Shown one piece after another: positions 54,108-64,000 of a DNA stretch of 64,000 nt (within the stretch, counting starts at the first letter, position 1; every line of letters begins with the position of its first letter). The notes beneath the pieces were generated by a model, which made no database searches, was not told the DNA's origin, and saw only the letters and a program-made list of their open reading frames with translations. The translations under genes were made by a program, and so were the position numbers. The DNA is from Eledone cirrhosa (Eukaryota), in the NCBI GenBank assembly GCA_964016885.1, contig OZ024765.1, positions 7,874,001 through 7,938,000 on the forward strand. The letters are read 5' to 3'.

Positions 54108-55838
54108 ATGGAGGATGTTAAACACTTGGACATTTCTAACACAACTTTGTTTAACAATATAGATACAGTTACACAGACATACAGTGGTGAGAAACCTTTA
54201 TCTAATGAAACGTTTACTGAACAAACATCGTTACATGGAAATATTACTGAATATTGTTGTGAGATTTGTAAGAAAACTTTCTCTTCAGAAGATGAAGTCA
54301 TCACACACAAAGAAACACACAAGAGTGAGAAACCTTACCACTGTGAAATATGTGGGAAATGTTTTGTTTTTAATTCGCTTCTGGTTATCCACAGCCGTAC
54401 ACACACTGGAGAGAAACCTTACCATTGTGAGATATGTGGGAAATCTTTTGCCCATAATGGACATTTAAAAATACACATAAGAACACACACTGGAGAGGAA
54501 CCTTACCACTGTGAGATATGTGGCAAATCTTTTGCAATTAAGAATTATTTCACGAAACACATAAGAACACACACTGGAGAGAAACCTTACCACTGTGAAA
54601 TATGTGGGAGATCTTTTGTTTCTAATACAATGCATGTTATCCACAGACGTACACACACTGGAGAGAAACCTTACAATTGTGAAATATGTGGGAAATCTTT
54701 TGCCCGTAATGAACATTTAAAAATGCACATAAGAACACACACTGGAGAGGAACCTTATCTCTGTGAGATATGTGGAAAATCTTTTGCCAGTAATGGTAAT
54801 TTAAAAATACACATAAAAACACACACTGGAAAGGAACCTTTCCACTGTGGGATATGTGGCAAATCTGTTCGCCGTAATGATGATTTAAAAATACACATAA
54901 AAACACACGCTGGAAAGGAACATTACCACTGTGAAATATGTGGCAAATCTTTTGCCAATAAAAACTATTTAAAACGACACAAAAGAACACATACTGGAGA
55001 GAAACCTCACCACTGTGAGTTATGTGGCAAATCTTTTGCCAGTAAAAACTATTTAACACGACACAAAAGAACACACACTGGAGAGAAACCTTACCGCTGT
55101 GAGATATGTGGCAAATCGTTTGCCCTTAATGGTGATTTAAAAAAACACATAAGAACACACACTGGAGAGAAACCTTACCACTGTGAGATATGTGGCAAAT
55201 CTTTTTACAGTAATTATCAAGTTAAAATACACACAAGAACACACACTGGAGAGAAACCTTACCACTGTGAGATATGTGGCAAATCTTTTGTTTTTAATTC
55301 AAAACTTGTTATCCACAGACGTACACACACTGGAGAAAAACCTTACCACTGTGAGATATGTGGCAAATCTTTTGCCGGTAAGAATTATTTAGCACAACAC
55401 AAAAGAACACACACTCGAGACGATCTATTTTATTGTGAGATATGTGGGAAATCTTTAATAAATAATTCAGAACTTGTTATCCACAGACTTACACACACTG
55501 AGAAACCTTACCACTGTGAGATATGTGGAAAATCTTTTGCCACTAATAATAATTTAAAATTGCACATAAGAACACACACCGGAGAGGAACCTTACCACTG
55601 TCAGATATGTGGCAAATCTTTTGGCCGTAATGATCATTTAAAAATACACATAAGAACACACACCGGAGAGGAACCTTACCACTGTCAAATATGTGGCAAA
55701 TCTTTTGGCCGTAATGATAATTTAAAAATACACATAAGAACACACACTGGAGAAGAACCTTACCACTGTGAGATATGTGGCAAATCTTTTGATAGGAGTT
55801 CTTATTTAAGAAGACACAAAAGAACACACACTGGATAA
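54108..55838 (+). CDS. ZNF10: intact poly-C2H2 protein, 18 canonical plus 1 atypical finger
   Basis: 576-aa ORF ending RRHKRTHTG*. Confidence 0.92.
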   Translation: MEDVKHLDISNTTLFNNIDTVTQTYSGEKPLSNETFTEQTSLHGNITEYCCEICKKTFSSEDEVITHKETHKSEKPYHCEICGKCFVFNSLLVIHSRTHTGEKPYHCEICGKSFAHNGHLKIHIRTHTGEEPYHCEICGKSFAIKNYFTKHIRTHTGEKPYHCEICGRSFVSNTMHVIHRRTHTGEKPYNCEICGKSFARNEHLKMHIRTHTGEEPYLCEICGKSFASNGNLKIHIKTHTGKEPFHCGICGKSVRRNDDLKIHIKTHAGKEHYHCEICGKSFANKNYLKRHKRTHTGEKPHHCELCGKSFASKNYLTRHKRTHTGEKPYRCEICGKSFALNGDLKKHIRTHTGEKPYHCEICGKSFYSNYQVKIHTRTHTGEKPYHCEICGKSFVFNSKLVIHRRTHTGEKPYHCEICGKSFAGKNYLAQHKRTHTRDDLFYCEICGKSLINNSELVIHRLTHTEKPYHCEICGKSFATNNNLKLHIRTHTGEEPYHCQICGKSFGRNDHLKIHIRTHTGEEPYHCQICGKSFGRNDNLKIHIRTHTGEEPYHCEICGKSFDRSSYLRRHKRTHTG

Positions 55839-55940
55839 ACCTTACAGTGTTCTTAATTTTTCTGACATGAATAAAAAAAACCAGTGAGATATTTTAATAA
55901 ATGTATTGTTTTAATAGACACCCTAATTGAGAGTAATCTT

Positions 55941-56374
55941 TTAATTATATATTAGTGTACAGATATTTTTGCATACACAAAAACAAAACAAACGTATTTA
56001 TTTTACAAAAGCACAGACAGCTTTACTATAAGATTTTATGTCTTTGGGAAAAGGCTTTGATCCATTTTAAGATGCAACTCTGATATTTAGCAAATGTTAA
56101 TGTAAAGGAGAAGATTGCAGCATGTAACATATTTATAGAGATTTCCAAATGATGCATTATAATATTCTTACTTTTAGAAACAATATATCTCGCTGCTTTT
56201 ACCTTCTTACAATGCCTTACACGACTTTCTCTTTAATATCGCTTTGTTCTTCAATAGGAACAAAATGAAAAAGCACATGACAACAACCGAAGCAATAGCT
56301 TCTATGTTGGCAATAACTCATGATACAAACATTCTATGTTTAGAATCCCGAACAACGCCGGGTCATTCTACTAG
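55941..56374 (+). mobile_element. Helitron 3' terminal segment, copy 2
   Basis: CCCGAACAACGCCGGG hairpin, then CTAG|T at 56371-56374. Confidence 0.75.
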
Positions 56375-56671
56375 TCTAGACTAAAATAACCAATATCTAA
56401 TGTGTACTTCATTTAATAATATGATGGGAGTGAAATTTGAGGGATCATTTGACCGTTATTTCTAGCACGTTCAGACCCCTGTATAGCCATCCTACATGAT
56501 ACATATTATTAGTTATTTTGATAGCTAATGTAAATTAGTTTGTTATTTACCATGGGTCGGATACAATTCAAGATGTTTCTGAATGTACAAAAATATCGCA
56601 GGATATTATTTTGATATGACACCGGTATCGTTCAGTAGAGGGAAATATTTTCAATGTAACCAGGCGCGTTA

Positions 56672-56812
56672 TCTATATATATAACACTGAGGCTATCTGT
56701 CTGTGTGTGCGAGTTTGAATCCCTAAGACTCGAGAAGTACCCAACCAATTTTTTTCAAACATTACATGTGTATTACTTATGTTTCAGGGAGTGTTATGCA
56801 CATAAAAACTAT
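56672..56812 (+). mobile_element. Helitron 5' terminal segment, copy 2
   Basis: A|TCTATATATATAACACTGAGG..TCTGTCTGTGTG. Confidence 0.7.
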
Positions 56813-57738
56813 GAAAGAACACACACTGGAGAGAAACCTTTCCACTGTGAGATATGTGGGAAATCTTTTGCCAGTAAGAATTATTTAATACCTCACAAAA
56901 GAACACATAGAGAGGAAAATCTATTTAATTGTGAGATATGTGGAAATTCTTTTAGGAATAATTCAAAACTTGTTATCCACAGACATAGACACACTGAATA
57001 GAAACCTTTTCACTGTGAAATATGTGGAAAATCGTTGCCAGAAAGAATTGTTTAATGAGACACAAAAGAACACACTGGAGAGGAATCTTACCACTGAGAT
57101 ATGTGGCAAATCTTTTCGTAGAAGTTCTTCTTTAACAAGACACACTGGATAAACCTTTCAGACATGAATAAAAAAACCAGAGAGATATTTTAATAAATGT
57201 ATTGTTTTAATAGATACTCTAATTTAGAATAATCTTCATAATCTACATCTGTTTTATCAACACCATATGTAAACCTCCATTGCCCCCCAACTAAACAAAG
57301 AGCTATCCCAGAGCTGTTTAGTGATGGTTGTTTCGTTGTGAAACATGAGAAATCTTCTGTTAGTAAATCACATGTCATTGTACACGAGCGTATTCATACT
57401 GGAGAGAAACCATTCCCCTGTGAAATATGTGGCAAATGTTTTTCTACTAACTGTTATTTAACACAACACAATAGAACACACACTGCAGAGAAACCATTCC
57501 ATTGTGAAACATGTGGAAAATTATTTTCCACTAGCTGTAGTTTAAGACACCACAAAAGAACACACATTGAAGAAAAACCTTAACATTGTCAAATATGTGG
57601 TAAATCTTTTTCTGAGAAGGCTAATTTAAGTACTCACAGAAGAACACACTCTGGTCAGAAACCCTTACATTGTGAAATATGTGGGAAAACTTTTGCTTTC
57701 AAGTGTAACTTAGGTAAACACAGGAGAACACATGCATG
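56813..57738 (+). pseudogene. Headless ZNF pseudogene plus orphan fingers, copy 2
   Basis: Paralog of 50306-51230. Confidence 0.8.
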
Positions 57739-58707
57739 TAAATCTAAATATATTGTCTAACAACATGTACACACTGTAGGGAAGACTTTAAACTGTGATC
57801 CTTGAGAAATATTTCGTATGTAAATCTAAATGTATTGTCTACCAAGATGTACACACTGGAGGGAAGACTTTAAACTGGGAACCTTGAGAAATATTTCTTG
57901 TGTAAATCTAAATGTATTGTCTACCAAGATATACACACTGTAGGGAAGACTTTAAACTGGGAACCTTGAGAAATATTTCTTGTGTAAATCTAAATGTATT
58001 GTCTACCAAGATGTACACACTGGAGGGAAGACTTTAAACTGGGAACCTTGAGAAAATCTAAATATATTCTCTACCAACATGTACACATTGGAGAATATGT
58101 TAGAAATCATTCTCTGTTGACTCTCATCTTGTAGTCTACAAATGTGTTCTCATCTGAGAGAAACCCTTTCACTAAAATATTAGGGAAATCCTTAATTGTG
58201 GTATATAAACTTGTTGATAAATGTATACACACTGGACAAATACATTTATATATCATCGTGAAATATATGGGGAATCATTCTGTGTGAAATAAGTCTACAC
58301 TTGCAGTCCTCACCTAAATACAGACTTGTGAGAAATAAAACTACATCAATATGAAATGTGTGACGAAATAATCACTTTTCTATGTAAATTGAAATACAAT
58401 TTTATAAAGATATTAAAATTGTTTTATTGGAAATCTTGAAATTATATTTTTTGTATCAAAATTTGTTCACAATTGAAAAGATTTTATAACAAAACATTGT
58501 TTAATAAATTTACCTTTCTCTCTCTAAATAAATTTTTCTGACATGAATAAAACCAGCGAAATATTTTAATAAATGTCTTGTTTTAATAGACACCCTAATT
58601 TAGAGTAAACTTCATAATCTACATCTGTTTTATCAACACCATATGTAAACCTCCATTGCCCCCCAACTAAACAAAGAGCTATCCCAGAACTGTTTAGTCT
58701 TGGTTGT

Positions 58708-59006
58708 CGGTCTGTCTAGAATAAGGGTCACTCTGATATCAAAGCTTGGATAGATGGGGCTCCTTTGTCACTTAGGTGACAACCTTTCAAATAACCAACA
58801 ACTTTATCTTTGTGATGAAGGGGGAAACTGTGATTTGGTAGCCAGCTTCTGGGTAAGGGCCAGGCAAGGATTAGGGACTCACCAACGTTACTTTTTTTAA
58901 TCTGAGGAGAAACATGGACATTCAGCAACATGTAGGTGAACATTGATGCAATTGTCCATAGTCCCTGACCCTCAGCAGTGAGGGTGGGATCTCTCATCAT
59001 CATGAT
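58708..59006 (+). mobile_element. Retroposon-like 3' end with (ATC)n tail
   Basis: Homolog of 585-884. Confidence 0.5.
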
Positions 59007-59063
59007 GTAATGATATCACACAGGAAGTATTTTAAATACATTTAATGAAAACATTTCTTGGTA

Positions 59064-59385
59064 ACCTGTCAGACACGCAGTGACTAATAGCAGAATGTTT
59101 TAAGTCTGCATGTTCTGACATATATGCGTAGCTTGTGAATAAAAAATTCAAGGGGTTTCGCTGGCTGTGGTGATCCCTGCCAAACATCTTTTGTAATGTA
59201 TCGTCTTATTGACTAATCAACCAATGAGAGTAATTGTTGCTCAAAAGCATCTGCCACTTTGTTTGCACGTTTATTTATCGTTTCGCTTTCGAATCTTCCT
59301 CCTGTATTTTGTCTTTTATCATCAAAATATTTTTCTCGTTTTGGTAAGTTATATTGTTAATTTATATTAACTATTTTTTTTTCAG
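59064..59385 (+). promoter_or_regulatory. Putative promoter and first exon for ZNF11
   Basis: CCAAT 59221-59225; GTAAGT at 59344; acceptor at 59385. Confidence 0.45.
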
Positions 59386-60764
59386 TTCGTTATAACATGC
59401 TTATAATATTGGTTGTATCATATTTACTTGTATATATGTCCATATTATTGTTCGTTTTATGTTAGACTATTTGTATGTAATATTTAATTTTTATTAATTC
59501 AACTATAACAATTATTATGTAAAATAAATTTATTTAATATTGATTGTTTTTTGTAGTTGTTTATATTAAAAGTCTGAAAATATTTTTATACATCTTACAA
59601 TAATATTGATAAGATCTAATTACATTACAACGATAATTTATTATTAATATATATCATGTTTAACTAGAGTTATTTTGCCTTTAAAAAAATGAATTTATAA
59701 TATAGAATTCGGTTTAAGTGCATTTCGTATTAATCGTTACTAAACATCTAATATGAGATATTGAACATTAGCTTAAATAATTATCGTGTCGTCGTGAGTT
59801 CGTTATGAGTCTCTTTTTTTATAAAAGGATACCACAGTGTGTACGATAAATAATGATTACAATATTTTTGAGCAACAACTCTAGTCCCACACTTTTGAAG
59901 GTTTATTATAACATTCTGTGGTTCTTTTGAGCTTGTGCATTTTTCAGGTCTAGTTTAAAATGTTTAAAATTTCTGTCACACTTCGTTGATTTAAAAAAGT
60001 GAAATATTAGAATATTTGAGAATCTGAAAGTTATAAGAGTTACTTCTAGTTCTGATGTTGTCGTTGACTCCCTAACGTAAAGTAAGGCTAATACTTTAAT
60101 CACAGAGAAAATCAAAGAAAGGAATTGATTAATTATCGATTTCATAACTAATTGGTTACTGCCAATGTCCAGATTCTGTTAAAAAGACATTCCAACCATG
60201 ACCATCAGGTATATTTTGTATATCTAGACTAAAATAACCAATATCCAATGTGTACTTCATTTAATAAGATGATGGGAGGGATAATTTAACTGTTATTTCT
60301 AACACGTCCAGACAGCTGTATAGCCATACAACATAATACATATTAGTACTTATTTTGATAGCTAATGTAAATTATTTTGTTATTTACCATGGGTTGGATA
60401 CAATTCAAGATGTTTCTGAATGTATCAAAGTATCGCAGGATATTATTTTGATATGACACCGGTATCGTTCAGTAGAGGGAAATATTTTCAACGTAACCAG
60501 GCACATGTTTTCTTTTATAATTAGGTTTAATCCAGTTATGTTAACAGAGTCCCAGGATATCCAAGACAAGAAGCTAAACTATTTCATCTAATCTAATTAT
60601 ATCGTGTAAACAGAGTCCCAGGATATCTAGGACAAGAAACTGTATTATAATATATTATAATTACATCTAATCTAATTATATCGTGTAAACAGAATCCCAG
60701 GATATCTAAGACAAGAAACTGTATTATAATATATTATAATGAGAGATTATTCTCGGAAATTACT

Positions 60765-62156
60765 ATGGAGGATGTTAAACACTTGGACATTTCTAACACA
60801 ACTTTGTTTAACAATATAGATACAGTTACACTGACTTACAGGGGTGAGAAAACTTTGTCTAATAAAACGTTTACTGAACAAACATCGTTACATGGAAATA
60901 TTCCTGAATATTGTTGTGAGATTTGTAAGAAGACTTTCTCTTCAGAAGATGAACTCATCACACACAAAGAAACACACAAGAGTGAGAAACCTTACCACTG
61001 TGAAATATGTGGGAAATGTTTTGCCAGTAAGAAATATTTAACACAACACAAAAGAACACACACTGGAGAGAAACCTTACCACTGTGAAATATGTGGGAAA
61101 TCTTTTGTTTTTAATTCACTGCTGGTTATCCACAGACGTACACATACTGGAGAGAAACCTTTCCACTGTGAAATATGTGGGAAATCTTTTGTTTTTAATT
61201 CACTGTTGGTTATCCACAGACGTACACACACTGGAGAGAAACCTTACCAATGTGAGATATGTGGGAAATCTTTTGCAATTAAGAATTATTTCACGAAACA
61301 CAAAAGAACACACACTGGGGAGAAACCTTTCCACTGTGAAATATGTGGGAAATGTTTTGTTTCTAATACAATGCTTGTTATGCACAAACGTACACACACT
61401 GGAGAGAAACCTTACCATTGTGAAATATGTGGAAAATCTTTTGCCCGTAATGATCATTTAAAAATACACATAAGAACACACACTGGAGAGGAACCTTATC
61501 TCTGTGAGATATGTGGAAAATCTTTTGCCAGTAATAGTACTATAAAAATACACATAAGAACACACACTGGAGAGAAACATTACCACTGTGAGATATGTGG
61601 AAAATCTTTTGCCAGTAATAGTACTTTAAAAATACACACAAGAACACACACTGGAGAGAAACCGTACCACTGTGAAATATGTGGAAAATCTTTTGCCAGT
61701 AAGAAATATTCAACATCTCACAAAGGAATACACACTGGAGAATATCTGTTTCCTTGTCAGATATGTGGGAAATCTTTTATAAATAATTCAAGACTTGTTA
61801 TCCACAGACATACACACACTGGAGAAATATTCTGTGAAATATGTGGAAAATCTTTTAGCAGTAATGGTAATTTAAAAATACACATAAGAACACACACTGG
61901 AGAGAAACCTTACCACTGTGAGATATGTGGCAATTCTTTTGCCAATAATGATTATTTAAAAATACACATAAGAACACACACTGGAGAGGAACCTTACCAC
62001 TGTGAGATATGTGGTAAATCTTTTGCCAATAATCGTCATTTAAAAATACACATAAGAACACACACTGGAGAGAAACCTTACCACTGTGAGAGATGTGGCA
62101 AATCTTTTGGTAGGAGTTCTTCTTTAACAAGACACAAAAGAACACACACTGGATAA
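60765..62156 (+). CDS. ZNF11: intact poly-C2H2 protein, 14 canonical plus 1 atypical finger
   Basis: 463-aa ORF ending [14 protein letters not shown]. Confidence 0.92.
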   Translation: MEDVKHLDISNTTLFNNIDTVTLTYRGEKTLSNKTFTEQTSLHGNIPEYCCEICKKTFSSEDELITHKETHKSEKPYHCEICGKCFASKKYLTQHKRTHTGEKPYHCEICGKSFVFNSLLVIHRRTHTGEKPFHCEICGKSFVFNSLLVIHRRTHTGEKPYQCEICGKSFAIKNYFTKHKRTHTGEKPFHCEICGKCFVSNTMLVMHKRTHTGEKPYHCEICGKSFARNDHLKIHIRTHTGEEPYLCEICGKSFASNSTIKIHIRTHTGEKHYHCEICGKSFASNSTLKIHTRTHTGEKPYHCEICGKSFASKKYSTSHKGIHTGEYLFPCQICGKSFINNSRLVIHRHTHTGEIFCEICGKSFSSNGNLKIHIRTHTGEKPYHCEICGNSFANNDYLKIHIRTHTGEEPYHCEICGKSFANNRHLKIHIRTHTGEKPYHCERCGKSFGRSSSLTRHKRTHTG

Positions 62157-62358
62157 ACCTTTCAGTGTTCTTAACAATTTTTCTGACGTGAATAAAAAAA
62201 CCAGTGAGATATTTTAATAAATGTATTGTTTTAATAGATACTCTACTTAGAGTAATCTTCATAATCTACATCTGTTTTATCAACACCATATGAAAACCTC
62301 CATTGTCCCCCAACTAAACAAAGAGCTATGTCAGAGCTGCTCAGTGTTGGTTGTTTCG

Positions 62359-62760
62359 TTGTGAAACATGAGAAATCTTCTGTTAGTAAATCACATCTCG
62401 TCGTACACGAGTGTATTCATACTGGAGAGAAACCATTCCCCTGTGAAATATGTGGCAAATGTCTTTCTACTAACTGTTATTTAACAACACAATAGAACAT
62501 ACACTGCAGATAAACCATTCTATTGTGAAACATGTGGAAAATTATTTTCCACTAGCTGTAGTTTAAGATACCACAAAAGAACACACATTGCAGAAAAACC
62601 TTACCATTATGAAAAATGTTCTAAATCTTTTTCCGTGAAGGCTAATTTAAGTACTCACAGAAGAACACACTCTGGTCAGAAACACTTTCATTGTGAAATA
62701 TGTGGGAAAACTTTTACTTTCAAGTATAACTTAGGTAAACACAGGAGAACACATGCATGT
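62359..62760 (+). pseudogene. Orphan C2H2 fingers downstream of ZNF11
   Basis: Degenerate fingers, including ORF 62635-62826. Confidence 0.7.
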
Positions 62761-63578
62761 AAATCTAAATATATTGTCTACCAAGATGTACACACTGGAG
62801 GGACGACGTTAAACTGGGAATCCTGAGAAATATTTCTCATGTAAATCTAAATATATTGTCTACCAAGATGTACACACTGGAGGGAAGACTTTAAACTCGG
62901 AACCTTGAGAAATATTTCTTGTGTAAATCTTGTTTAAATATTGTCTCCCAACATCTACACATTGCAGAATATTTATAGTGAGATATGTTAGAAATCATTC
63001 TCTGTTAATTCTCATTTGAGAGTAACCCTTCCACTATAATGTTTGGGAAATCCTTAATTGTGGTATATAAACTTGTTGATGAATATATACACACTGGACA
63101 AATATGTGTATATATTATTGTGAAATATATGGGGAATCATTCTGTGTGAAATAAGTCTACACTTGCAGTCCCCACCTAAATACAGACTTGTGAGAAATAT
63201 AACTACATCAATATGAAATTTGTAACAAAATAATCACTTTTCTATGTAAATTGAAATATAATTTTATAAAGATATTAAAATTGTTTTATTGGAAATCTTG
63301 AAATTATATTTTTTGTATCAAAATCTGTTCACAATTGAAAAGATTTTATAACAAAATATTGTTTAATAAATTTATCTTTCTCTCTCTAAATAAACTTTTC
63401 AGTGTTCTTAACAATTTTTCTGACATGAATAAAACCAGCGACATATTTTAATATATTTATTGTTTTAATAGACACCCTAATTTAGAGTAAACTTCATAAT
63501 CTACATCTATTTTATCAACACCATATGTAAACCTCCATTGTTCCCCTACTAAACAAAGAACTGTTTAGTGTTGGTTGT

Positions 63579-63887
63579 CAGTCTGTCTAGAATAAGGGTC
63601 ACTCTGATATCAAAATCTGGATAGATGGGGCTCCTTTGTCACTTAGGTGACAACCTTTCAAGTAACCAACAACCTTTTCTTGGTGATAAAGGGGGACAAC
63701 TGTGACTTGGTAGCCAGCTTCCGGGTAAGGGCCAGGCGAGGTTTAGGGACTCACCAACGTTACTTTTTTTAACGTGAGGAGAAACATGGACATTCAGCAA
63801 CATGTAGTTGAACATTGATGCAATTGTCCATAGTCCCTGACCCTCAGCAGTGAGGGTGGGATCTCTCATCATCATCATCATCATCAT
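63579..63887 (+). mobile_element. Retroposon-like 3' end with (ATC)n tail; leads into the start of another unit
   Basis: Homolog of 585-884; the window ends in ZNF upstream sequence. Confidence 0.5.
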
Positions 63888-64000
63888 GTAATGATATCAC
63901 ACAGGAAGTATTTTAAATACATTCAACGTAAACATTTCTTGGCAATTTAAAATGTTTAAAATTTCTGTCACACTTCGTTGATGTAAAAAAGTGAAATATT

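Overview
AT-rich animal genomic DNA, most likely a coleoid cephalopod such as Octopus. This is inferred from the SINE/MITE content and the style of the zinc-finger expansion, not proven. The whole window is a head-to-tail, plus-strand cluster of 11 paralogous poly-C2H2 zinc-finger genes. Each has one coding exon of 84-bp finger repeats behind a shared ~72-aa acidic N-terminus, with no KRAB, SCAN, BTB or SET domain. Duplication units are ~2.5-8 kb. Seven left-hand copies (ZNF1-7; my own numbering) are cut short by nonsense or frameshift lesions. Four right-hand copies (ZNF8-11) run intact to a common ...RHKRTHTG* end. Unit components, present in varying subsets of units: a 79-bp palindromic repeat before the ATG, a stop/poly(A) cassette that orphans further fingers, and a finger-derived minisatellite. 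Co-duplicated TE relics are a CRE-like RLE non-LTR fragment (x6), a hAT-like MITE and a piggyBac-like MITE with a nested tRNA-SINE (x5 each), a retroposon 3' end with an (ATC)n tail (x6), and Helitron termini. Most notable: finger variation is focused on base-contacting positions and shuffled in blocks among paralogs; a putative promoter/first-exon module is found only before intact genes; and Helitron 5' and 3' ends bracket a complete gene.
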